Source: Auanema rhodensis
Taxonomy: Eukaryota > Animalia > Nematoda
Assembly: GCA_964057225.1 (NCBI GenBank)
Contig: OZ059899.1
Span: 19,096,001-19,160,000, forward strand
DNA: 64,000 nt
Direction: 5' to 3'
Positions 14,990 through 26,900 of the stretch are shown here, in pieces. Position 1 is the first letter of the stretch. Each line of letters starts with the position of its first letter. Under the pieces are notes generated by a model that made no database searches, was not told the DNA's origin, and saw nothing but the letters and a program-made list of their open reading frames with translations. The translations under genes and the position numbers were made by a program.

Positions 14990-16425
14990 AAAAAAGATGC
15001 ATTAGTGTATGTTGAGTTTCCATGTACACTCAACATTGCTTCCAAAAACATTTTGACAAAACTTTTTCCGAAAAATTTCAAAATAATTTCGTAAAAAGTA
15101 GATGTTTTTAGATTCCTTTTTTCAAGGCAAAGACGATGGACAATGTTATTCAACGAAAAAATTAATTCTGCAGGGTGAAAATCGAGGATATAAGTGTGAA
15201 CTTATATCAGTTGATATCTCGGTGCATTTTTAAGCTAGCGCAAATCTGATAACACAGATCGACGCAGCTTAAAAATCCGCATCGAATGCACTATACTACA
15301 TTGAGAAACGCTTAATACAAAAATTAGTTATGATCGTTTGAAAAAAGATGCATTAGTGTAAGTTGAGTTTCCATGTACACTCAACATTGCTTCCAAAAAC
15401 ATTTTGACAAAAATTTTTCCGAAAAATTTCAAAATAATTTCGCAAAAAGTAGATGTTTTTAGATTCCTTTTTTCAAGGCAAAGACGATGGACAAAGTTAT
15501 TCAACGAAAAAATTAATTCTGCAGGGTGAAAATCGAGGATATAAGTGTGAACTTATATCAGTTGATATCTCGGTGCATTTTTAAGCTAGCGCAAATCTGA
15601 TAACACAGATCGACGCAGCTTAAAAATCCGCATCGAATGCACTATACTACATTGAGAAACGCTTAATACAAAAATTAGTTATGATCGTTTGAAAAATGAT
15701 GCATTAGTGTATGTTGAGTTTCCATGTACACTCAACATTGCTTCCAAAAACATTTTGACAAAAATTTTTCCGAAAAATTTCAAAATAATTTCGCAAAAAG
15801 TAGATGTTTTTAGATTCCTTTTTTCAAGGCAAAGACGATGGACAATGTTATTCAACGAAAAAATTAATTCTCCAGGGTGAAAATCGAGGATGTAAGTGTG
15901 AACTTATATCAGTTGATATCTCGGTGCATTTTTAAGCTAGCGCAAATCTGATAACACAGATCGACGCAGCTTAAAAATCCGCATCGAATGCACTATACAA
16001 CATTGAGAAACGCTTAATACAAAAATTAGTTATGATCGTTTGAAAAAAGATGCATTAGTGTATGTTGAGTTTCCATGTACACTCAACATTGCTTCCAAAA
16101 ACATTTTGACAAAACTTTTTCCGAAAAATTTCAAAATAATTTCGTAAAAAGTAGATGTTTTTAGATTCCTTTTTTCAAGGCAAAGACGATGGACAATGTT
16201 ATTCAACGAAAAAATTAATTCTGCAGGGTGAAAATCGAGGATATAAGTGTGAACTTATATCAGTTGATATCTCGGTGCATTTTTAAGCTAGCGCAAATCT
16301 GATAACACAGATCGACGCAGCTTAAAAATCCGCATCGAATGCACTATACTACGTTGAGAAACGCTTAATACAAAAATTAGTTATGATCGTTTGAAAAAAG
16401 ATGCATTAGTGTAAGTTGAGTTTCC
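14990..16425. repeat. 3-monomer (1053-bp) duplication truncated by the junction
   Basis: The rare TTCGTAAAAAG variant occurs at 15092 and 16145. The following monomers share TACTAC and AAAAAAGATGCATTAGTGTAAG. Confidence 0.8.
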
Positions 16426-16440
16426 TCGCTTCACGTGAAA
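16411..16440. other. Direct satellite-satellite junction with 1-bp (C) microhomology at 16425
   Basis: Sequence reads GTAAGTTGAGTTTC[C]TCGCTTCACGTGAAA. The 351-mer would continue TTTCC-ATGTAC and the 176-mer normally reads GTAA-CTCGC. No filler sequence or target-site duplication is visible. Confidence 0.95.
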
Positions 16441-16456
16441 GATAAAGAGATGCGGT

Positions 16457-16540
16457 TTTCAAAATTAGATTCCCCATGTCCATATTAGTCTAAAAACAAA
16501 TTTTTATTGATATTGGTGCATGGTAACCATGATTTTGAAA
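16457..16540. repeat. Degenerate 84-bp foldback in each 176-bp monomer (first copy given)
   Basis: TTTCAAAAT/ATTTTGAAA, CCATG/CATGG and TAAAAA/TTTTTA all share one dyad axis (monomer positions sum to 149; loop CAAA). Confidence 0.8.
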
Positions 16541-19500
16541 TTTACGTGAACTTTAATTTATGCTAATTAAATGTTCACGTGGTGTGCACTCGGTATGTAA
16601 CTCGCTTCACGTGAAAGATAAAGAGATGCGGTTTTCAAAATTAGATTCCCCATGTCCATATTATTCTAAAAACAAATTTTTATTGATATTGGTGCATGGT
16701 AACCATGATTTTGAAATTTACGTGAACTTTAATTTATGCTAATTAAATGTACACGTGGTGTGCACTCGGTATGTAACTCGCTTCACGTGAAAGATAAAGA
16801 GATGCGGTTTTCAAAATTAGATTCCCCATGTCCATATTAGTCTAAAAACAAATTTTTATTGATATTGGTGCATGGTAACCATGACTTTGAATTTTACGTG
16901 AACTTTAATTTATGCTAATTAAACGTACACGTGGTGTGCACTCGGTATGTAACTCGCTTCACGTGAAAGATAAAGAGATGCGGTTTTCAAAATTAGATTC
17001 CCCATGTCCATATTAGTCTAAAAACAAATTTTTATTGATATTGGTGCATGGTAACCATGACTTTGAAATTTACGTGAACTTTAATTTATGCTACATAAAT
17101 GTACACGTGATGTGCACTTGGTATGTAACTCGCTTCACGTGAAAGATAAAAAGATGCGGTTTTTAAAATTAGATTCCCCATGTCCATAATAGTCTAAAAA
17201 CAATTTTTTACTGATATTGGTGCATGGTAACCATGACTTTGAAATTTACGTGAACTTTAATTTATGCTAATTAAACGTACACGTGGTGTGCACTCGGTAT
17301 GTAACTCGCTTCACGTGTAAGATAAAGAGATGCGGTTTTCAAAATTAGATTCCCCATGTCCATATTAGTCTAAAAACAAATTTTTATTGATATTTGTGCA
17401 TGGTAACCATGACTTTGAAATTTACGTGAACTTTAATTCATGCTAATTAAACGTACACGTGGTGTGCACTTGGTATGTAACTCGCTTCACGTGAAAGATA
17501 AAAAGATGCGGTTTTTAAAATTCGATTCCCCATGTCCATATTAGTCTAAAAACAAATTTTTATTGATATTGGTGCATGGTAACCATGACTTTGAAATTTA
17601 CGTGAACTTTAATTTATGCTAATTAAACGTACACGTGGTGTGCACTTGGTATGTAACTCGCTTCACGTGAAAGATAAAGAGATGCGGTTTTCAAAATTAG
17701 ATTCCCCATGTCCATATTAGTCTAAAAACAAATTTTTATTGATATTGGTGCATGGTAACCATGATTTTGAAATTTACGTGAACTTTAATTTATGCTAATT
17801 AAATGTACACGTGGTGTGCACTCGGTATGTAACTCGCTTCACGTGAAAGATAAAGAGATGCGGTTTTCAAAATTAGATTCCCCATGTCCATATTAGTCTA
17901 AAAACAAATTTTTATTGATATTGGTGCATGGTAACCATGATTTTGAAATTTACGTGAACTTTAATTTATGCTAATTAAATGTACACGTGGTGTGCACTCG
18001 GTATGTAACTCGCTTCACGTGAAAGATAAAGAGATGCGGTTTTCAAAATTAGATTCCCCATGTCCATATTAGTCTAAAAACAAATTTTTATTGATATTGG
18101 TGCATGGTAACCATGATTTTGAAATTTACGTGAACTTTAATTTATGCTAATTAAATGTACACGTGGTGTGCACTCGGTATGTAACTCGCTTCACGTGAAA
18201 GATAAAGAGATGCGGTTTTCAAAATTAGATTCCCCATGTCAATATTAGTCTAAAAACAAATTTTTATTGATATTGGTGCATGGTAACCATGATTTTGAAA
18301 TTTACGTGAACTTTCATTTATGCTAATTAAACGTACACGTGATGTGCACTTGGTATGTAACTCGCTTCACGTGAAAGATAAAGAGATGCGGTTTTTAAAA
18401 TTAGATTCCCCATGTCCATATTAGTCTAAAAACAATTTTTTACTGATATTGGTGCATGGTAACCATGATTTTGAAATTTACGTGAACTTCAATTTATGCT
18501 AATTAAACGTACACGTGGTGTGCACTCGGTATGTAACTCGCTTCACGTGAAAGATAAAGAGATGCGGTTTTCAAAATTAGATTCCCCATGTCCATATTAG
18601 TCTAAAAACAAATTTTTATTGATATTGGTGCATGGTAACCATGACTTTTAAATTTACGTGAACTTTAATTTATGCTAATTAAACGTACACGTGATGTGCA
18701 CTTGGTATGTAACTCGCTTCACGTGAAAGATAAAGAGATGCGGTTTTTAAAATTAGATTCCCCATGTCCATATTAGTCTAAAAACAAATTTTTTTTGATA
18801 TTGGTGCATGGTAACCATGATTTTGAAATTTACGTGAACTTTAATTTATGCTAATTAAATGTACACGTGGTGTGCACTCGGTATGTAACTCGCTTCACGT
18901 GAAAGATAAAGAGATGCGGTTTTTAAAATTAGATTCCCCATGTCCATATTAGTCTAAAAACAAATTTTTTTTGATATTGGTGCATGGTAACCATGATTTT
19001 GAAATTTACGTGAACTTTAATTTATGCTAATTAAATGTACACGTGGTGTGCACTCGGTATGTAACTCGCTTCACGTGAAAGATAAAGAGATGCGGTTTTC
19101 AAAATTAGATTCCCCATGTCCATATTAGTCTAAAAACAAATTTTTATTGATATTGGTGCATGGTAACCATGATTTTGAAATTTACGTGAACTTTAATTTA
19201 TGCTAATCAAACGTACACGTGGTGTGCACTCGGTATGTAACTCGCTTCACGTGAAAGATAAAGAGATGCGGTTTTCAAAATTAGATTCCCCATGTACATA
19301 TCAGTCTAAAAACAAATTTTTATTGATATTGGTGCATGATAACCATGATTTTGAAATTTACGTGAACTTTAATTTATGCTAATTAAATGTACACGTGGTG
19401 TGCACTCGGTATGTAACTCGCTTCACGTGAAAGATAAAGAGATGCGGTTTTCAAAATTAGATTCCCCATGTCCATATTAGTCTAAAAACAAATTTTTATT

Positions 19501-22500
19501 GATATTGGTGCATGGTAACCATGACTTTGAATTTTACGTGAACTTTAATTTATGCTAATTAAACGTACACGTGGTGTGCACTCGGTATGTAACTCGCTTC
19601 ACGTGAAAGATAAAGAGATGCGGTTTTCAAAATTAGATTCCCCATGTCCATATTAGTCTAAAAACAAATTTTTATTGATATTGGTGCATGGTAACCATGA
19701 CTTTGAAATTTACGTGAACTTTAATTTATGCTACATAAATGTACACGTGATGTGCACTTGGTATGTAACTCGCTTCACGTGAACGATAAAAAGATGCGCT
19801 TTTTAAAATTAGATTCCCCATGTCCATATTAGTCTAAAAACAATTTTTTACTGATATTGGTGCATGGTAACCATGACTTTGAAATTTACGTGAACTTTAA
19901 TTTATGCTAATTAAACGTACACGTGGTGTGCACTCGGTATGTAACTCGCTTCACGTGTAAGAAAAAGAGATGCGGTTTTCAAAATTAGATTCCCCATGTC
20001 CATATTAGTCTAAAAACAAATTTTTATTGATATTGGTGCATGGTAACCATGACTTTGAAATTTACGTGAACTTTAATTTATGCTAATTAAACGTACACGT
20101 GGTGTGCACTCGGTATGTAACTCGCTTCACGTGTAAGATAAAGAGATGCGGTTTTCAAAATTAGATTCCCCATGTCCATATTAGTCTAAAAACAAATTTT
20201 TATTGATATTGGTGCATGGTAACCATGATTTTGAAATTTACGTGAACTTTAATTTATGCTAATTAAATGTACACGTGGTGTGCACTCGGTATGTAACTCG
20301 CTTCACGTGAAAGATAAAGAGATGCAGTTATCAAAATTAGATTCCCCATGTCCATATTAGTCTAAAAACAAATTTTTATTGATATTGGTGCATGGTAACC
20401 ATGACTTTGAAATTTACGTGAACTTTAATTTATGCTAATTAAACGTACACGTGTTGTGCACTCGGTATGTAACTCCCTTCACGTGGAAGATAAAGAGATG
20501 CGGTTTTCAAAATTAGATTCCCCATGTCCATATTAGTCTAAAAACAATTTTTTACTGATATTGGTGCATGGTAACCATGATTTTGAAATTTACGTGAACT
20601 TTAATTTATGCTAATTAAACGTACACGTGATGTGCACTTGGTATGTAACTCGCTTCACGTGAACGATAAAAAGATGCGGTTTTCAAAATTAGATTCCCCA
20701 TGTCCATATTAGTCTAAAAACAATTTTTTACTGATATTGGTGCATGGTAACCATGATTTTGAAATTTACGTGAACTTTAATTTATGCTAATTAAACGTAC
20801 ACGTGATGTGCACTTGGTATGTAACTCGCTTCACGTGAAAGATAAAGAGATGCGGTTTTTAAAATTAGATTCCCCATGTCCATATTAGTCTAAAAACAAA
20901 TTTTTATTGATATTGGTGCATGGTAACCATGATTTTGAAATTTACGTGAACTTTAATTTATGCTAATTAAATGTTCACGTGGTGTGCACTCGGTATGTAA
21001 CTCGCTTCACGTGAAAGATAAAGAGATGCGGTTTTCAAAATTAGATTCCCCATGTCCATATTATTCTAAAAACAAATTTTTATTGATATTGGTGCATGGT
21101 AACCATGATTTTGAAATTTACGTGAACTTTAATTTATGCTAATTAAATGTACACGTGGTGTGCACTCGGTATGTAACTCGCTTCACGTGAAAGATAAAGA
21201 GATGCGGTTTTCAAAATTAGATTCCCCATGTCCATATTAGTCTAAAAACAAATTTTTATTGATATTGTGCATGGTAACCATGACTTTGAATTTTACGTGA
21301 ACTTTAATTTATGCTAATTAAACGTACACGTGGTGTGCACTCGGTATGTAACTCGCTTCACGTGAAAGATAAAGAGATGCGGTTTTCAAAATTAGATTCC
21401 CCATGTCCATATTAGTCTAAAAACAAATTTTTATTGATATTGGTGCATGGTAACCATGACTTTGAAATTTACGTGAACTTTAATTTATGCTACATAAATG
21501 TACACGTGATGTGCACTTGGTATGTAACTCGCTTCACGTGAAAGATAAAAAGATGCGGTTTTTAAAATTAGATTCCCCATGTCCATAATAGTCTAAAAAC
21601 AATTTTTTACTGATATTGGTGCATGGTAACCATGACTTTGAAATTTACGTGAACTTTAATTTATGCTAATTAAACGTACACGTGGTGTGCACTCGGTATG
21701 TAACTCGCTTCACGTGTAAGATAAAGAGATGCGGTTTTCAAAATTAGATTCCCCATGTCCATATTAGTCTAAAAACAAATTTTTATTGATATTTGTGCAT
21801 GGTAACCATGACTTTGAAATTTACGTGAACTTTAATTCATGCTAATTAAACGTACACGTGGTGTGCACTTGGTATGTAACTCGCTTCACGTGAAAGATAA
21901 AAAGATGCGGTTTTTAAAATTCGATTCCCCATGTCCATATTAGTCTAAAAACAAATTTTTATTGATATTGGTGCATGGTAACCATGACTTTGAAATTTAC
22001 GTGAACTTTAATTTATGCTAATTAAACGTACACGTGGTGTGCACTTGGTATGTAACTCGCTTCACGTGAAAGATAAAGAGATGCGGTTTTCAAAATTAGA
22101 TTCCCCATGTCCATATTAGTCTAAAAACAAATTTTTATTGATATTGGTGCATGGTAACCATGATTTTGAAATTTACGTGAACTTTAATTTATGCTAATTA
22201 AATGTACACGTGGTGTGCACTCGGTATGTAACTCGCTTCACGTGAAAGATAAAGAGATGCGGTTTTCAAAATTAGATTCCCCATGTCCATATTAGTCTAA
22301 AAACAAATTTTTATTGATATTGGTGCAAGGTAACCATGATTTTGAAATTTACGTGAACTTTAATTTATGCTAATTAAATGTACACGTGGTGTGCACTCGG
22401 TATGTAACTCGCTTCACGTGAAAGATAAAGAGATGCGGTTTTCAAAATTAGATTCCCCATGTCCATATTAGTCTAAAAACAAATTTTTATTGATATTGGT

Positions 22501-25260
22501 GCATGGTAACCATGATTTTGAAATTTACGTGAACTTTAATTTATGCTAATTAAATGTACACGTGGTGTGCACTCGGTATGTAACTCGCTTCACGTGAAAG
22601 ATAAAGAGATGCGGTTTTCAAAATTAGATTCCCCATGTCAATATTAGTCTAAAAACAAATTTTTATTGATATTGGTGCATGGTAACCATGATTTTGAAAT
22701 TTACGTGAACTTTCATTTATGCTAATTAAACATACACGTGATGTGCACTTGGTATGTAACTCGCTTCACGTGAAAGATAAAGAGATGCGGTTTTTAAAAT
22801 TAGATTCCCCATGTCCATATTAGTCTAAAAACAATTTTTTACTGATATTGGTGCATGGTAACCATGATTTTGAAATTTACGTGAACTTCAATTTATGCTA
22901 ATTAAACGTACACGTGGTGTGCACTCGGTATGTAACTCGCTTCACGTGAAAGATAAAGAGATGCGGTTTTCAAAATTAGATTCCCCATGTCCATATTAGT
23001 CTAAAAACAAATTTTTATTGATATTGGTGCATGGTAACCATGACTTTTAAATTTACGTGAACTTTAATTTATGCTAATTAAACGTACACGTGATGTGCAC
23101 TTGGTATGTAACTCGCTTCACGTGAAAGATAAAGAGATGCGGTTTTTAAAATTAGATTCCCCATGTCCATATTAGTCTAAAAACAAATTTTTTTTGATAT
23201 TGGTGCATGGTAACCATGATTTTGAAATTTACGTGAACTTTAATTTATGCTAATTAAATGTACACGTGGTGTGCACTCGGTATGTAACTCGCTTCACGTG
23301 AAAGATAAAGAGATGCGGTTTTTAAAATTAGATTCCCCATGTCCATATTAGTCTAAAAACAAATTTTTTTTGATATTGGTGCATGGTAACCATGATTTTG
23401 AAATTTACGTGAACTTTAATTTATGCTAATTAAATGTACACGTGGTGTGCACTCGGTATGTAACTCGCTTCACGTGAAAGATAAAGAGATGCGGTTTTCA
23501 AAATTAGATTCCCCATGTCCATATTAGTCTAAAAACAAATTTTTATTGATATTGGTGCATGGTAACCATGATTTTGAAATTTACGTGAACTTTAATTTAT
23601 GCTAATCAAACGTACACGTGGTGTGCACTCGGTATGTAACTCGCTTCACGTGAAAGATAAAGAGATGCGGTTTTCAAAATTAGATTCCCCATGTACATAT
23701 CAGTCTAAAAACAAATTTTTATTGATATTGGTGCATGATAACCATGATTTTGAAATTTACGTGAACTTTAATTTATGCTAATTAAATGTACACGTGGTGT
23801 GCACTCGGTATGTAACTCGCTTCACGTGAAAGATAAAGAGATGCGGTTTTCAAAATTAGATTCCCCATGTCCATATTAGTCTAAAAACAAATTTTTATTG
23901 ATATTGGTGCATGGTAACCATGACTTTGAATTTTACGTGAACTTTAATTTATGCTAATTAAACGTACACGTGGTGTGCACTCGGTATGTAACTCGCTTCA
24001 CGTGAAAGATAAAGAGATGCGGTTTTCAAAATTAGATTCCCCATGTCCATATTAGTCTAAAAACAAATTTTTATTGATATTGGTGCATGGTAACCATGAC
24101 TTTGAAATTTACGTGAACTTTAATTTATGCTACATAAATGTACACGTGATGTGCACTTGGTATGTAACTCGCTTCACGTGAACGATAAAAAGATGCGCTT
24201 TTTAAAATTAGATTCCCCATGTCCATATTAGTCTAAAAACAATTTTTTACTGATATTGGTGCATGGTAACCATGACTTTGAAATTTACGTGAACTTTAAT
24301 TTATGCTAATTAAACGTACACGTGGTGTGCACTCGGTATGTAACTCGCTTCACGTGTAAGAAAAAGAGATGCGGTTTTCAAAATTAGATTCCCCATGTCC
24401 ATATTAGTCTAAAAACAAATTTTTATTGATATTGGTGCATGGTAACCATGACTTTGAAATTTACGTGAACTTTAATTTATGCTAATTAAACGTACACGTG
24501 GTGTGCACTCGGTATGTAACTCGCTTCACGTGTAAGATAAAGAGATGCGGTTTTCAAAATTAGATTCCCCATGTCCATATTAGTCTAAAAACAAATTTTT
24601 ATTGATATTGGTGCATGGTAACCATGATTTTGAAATTTACGTGAACTTTAATTTATGCTAATTAAATGTACACGTGGTGTGCACTCGGTATGTAACTCGC
24701 TTCACGTGAAAGATAAAGAGATGCAGTTATCAAAATTAGATTCCCCATGTCCATATTAGTCTAAAAACAAATTTTTATTGATATTGGTGCATGGTAACCA
24801 TGACTTTGAAATTTACGTGAACTTTAATTTATGCTAATTAAACGTACACGTGTTGTGCACTCGGTATGTAACTCCCTTCACGTGGAAGATAAAGAGATGC
24901 GGTTTTCAAAATTAGATTCCCCATGTCCATATTAGTCTAAAAACAATTTTTTACTGATATTGGTGCATGGTAACCATGATTTTGAAATTTACGTGAACTT
25001 TAATTTATGCTAATTAAACGTACACGTGATGTGCACTTGGTATGTAACTCGCTTCACGTGAACGATAAAAAGATGCGGTTTTCAAAATTAGATTCCCCAT
25101 GTCCATATTAGTCTAAAAACAATTTTTTACTGATATTGGTGCATGGTAACCATGATTTTGAAATTTACGTGAACTTTAATTTATGCTAATTAAACGTACA
25201 CGTGATGTGCACTTGGTATGTAACTCGCTTCACGTGAAAGATAAAGAGATGCGGTTTTTA
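16461..25260. repeat. 25-monomer (4400-bp) tandem duplication in the 176-bp array
   Basis: Private variants repeat at +4400, or +4399 after the deletion: ORFs 16560/20960 and 19200/23599, GATGCGCT at 19799/24198, and ACTCCC/GTGGAAG near 20475/24874. Confidence 0.93.
16544..16580. repeat. 37-bp hairpin in each 176-bp monomer (first copy given)
   Basis: ACGTGAAC-TTTAATT-tatgct-AATTAAA-y-GT(A/T)CACGT gives a 15-bp stem with a 1-nt bulge. The consensus has one mismatch, which is absent in the copies with T at 16575 and 20975. Confidence 0.85.
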
Positions 25261-25499
25261 AAATTAGATTCCCCATGTCCATATTAGTCTAAAAACAATT
25301 TTTTACTGATATTGGTGCATGGTAACCATGATTTTGAAATTTACGTGAACTTTAATTTATGCTAATTAAACGTACACGTGATGTGCACTTGGTATGTAAC
25401 TCGCTTCACGTGAAAGATAAAGAGATGCGGTTTTTAAAATTAGATTCCCCATGTCCATATTAGTCTAAAAACAATTTTTTACTGATATTGGTGCATGGT

Positions 25500-26900
25500 A
25501 ACCATGACTTTGAAATTTACGTGAACTTTAATTTATGATAATTAAACGTACACGTGGTGTGCACTCGGTATGTAACTCGCTTCACGTGTAAGATAAAGAG
25601 ATGCGGTTTTCAAAATTAGATTCCCCATGTCCATATTAGTCTAAAAACAAATTTTTATTGATATTGGTGCATGGTAACCATGATTTTGAAATTTACGTGA
25701 ACTTTAATTTATGCTAATTGAACGTACACGTGATGTGCACTTGGTATGTAACTCGCTTCACGTGAAAGATAAAGAGATTCGGTTTTTAAAATTAGATTCC
25801 CCATGTCCATATTAGTCTAAAAACAATTTTTTACTGATATTGGTGCATGGTAACCATGATTTTGAAATTTACGTGAACTTTAATTTATGCTAATTAAACG
25901 TACACGTGGTGTGCACTCGGTATGTAACTCGCTTCACGTGAAAGATAAAGAGATGCGGTTTTCAAAATTAGATTCCCCATGTCCATATTAGTCTAAAAAC
26001 AAATTTTTTTTGATATTGGTGCATGGTAACCATGATTTTGAAATTTACGTGAACTTTAATTTATGCTAATTAAATGTACACGTGGTGTGCACTCGGTATG
26101 TAACTCGCTTCACGTGAAAGATAAAGAGATGCGGTTTTCAAAATTAGATTCCCCATGTCCATATTAGTCTAAAAACAAATTTTTATTGATATTGGTGCAT
26201 GGTAACCATGACTTTGAAATTTACGTGAACTTTAATTTATGATAATTAAACGTACACGTGGTGTGCACTCGGTATGTAACTCGCTTCACGTGTAAGATAA
26301 AGAGATGCGGTTTTCAAAATTAGATTCCCCATGTCCATATTAGTCTAAAAACAAATTTTTATTGATATTGGTGCATGGTAACCATGATTTTGAAATTTAC
26401 GTGAACTTTAATTTATGCTAATTGAACGTACACGTGATGTGCACTTGGTATGTAACTCGCTTCACGTGAAAGATAAAGAGATTCGGTTTTTAAAATTAGA
26501 TTCCCCATGTCCATATTAGTCTAAAAACAATTTTTTACTGATATTGGTGCATGGTAACCATGATTTTGAAATTTACGTGAACTTTAATTTATGCTAATTA
26601 AACGTACACGTGGTGTGCACTCGGTATGTAACTCGCTTCACGTGAAAGATAAAGAGATGCGGTTTTCAAAATTAGATTCCCCATGTCCATATTAGTCTAA
26701 AAACAAATTTTTTTTGATATTGGTGCATGGTAACCATGATTTTGAAATTTACGTGAACTTTAATTTATGCTAATTAAATGTACACGTGGTGTGCACTCGG
26801 TATGTAACTCGCTTCACGTGAAAGATAAAGAGATGCGGTTTTCAAAATTAGATTCCCCATGTCCATATTAGTCTAAAAACAAATTTTTATTGATATTGGT
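25500..26900. repeat. 4-monomer (704-bp) duplication
   Basis: ATGATAATT at 25538/26242, ATTGAAC at 25720/26424 and GAGATTCGG at 25779/26483. Ends are approximate. Confidence 0.85.

Larger units (their letters stand above)
1..16425. repeat. 351-bp tandem satellite array (~46.8 near-identical monomers, continues beyond left edge)
   Basis: Bases 1-351 recur every 351 bp (ORF starts 245, 596, 947 ... 15689). 16425 = 46x351+279 and still matches monomer position 279, so there is no net indel. Monomers differ by only a few substitutions; about 32% GC. Confidence 0.99.

Noticed and set aside
245-15880. Repeated 63-aa ORF (MKNDALVYVEF...) as a tandem gene array
   Set aside because: It starts at TTG, has no recognisable domain, and its K/F/I/N-rich composition reflects A/T tracts. 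Stop codons occur in several monomers (e.g. 2702, 13232, 13934, 14987, 15338, 16040) and many variants are non-synonymous.
16430-16438. Yeast CDEI-like element (TCACGTG)
   Set aside because: It is a short motif without the CDEII/CDEIII context of a point centromere.
16425-16600. Identity with known 176-bp satellites (Brassica CentBr, honeybee AluI repeat) or primate alpha-satellite
   Set aside because: Only the length is similar. The monomer lacks AGCT/AAGCTT sites and a CENP-B box, and does not resemble those sequences as I recall them. A database search is needed to be sure.
16541-16640. Three ~33-bp internal subrepeats anchored on ACGTG
   Set aside because: Similarity outside ACGTG...ATG is weak, and two of the three sites are better explained as arms of the 37-bp hairpin.
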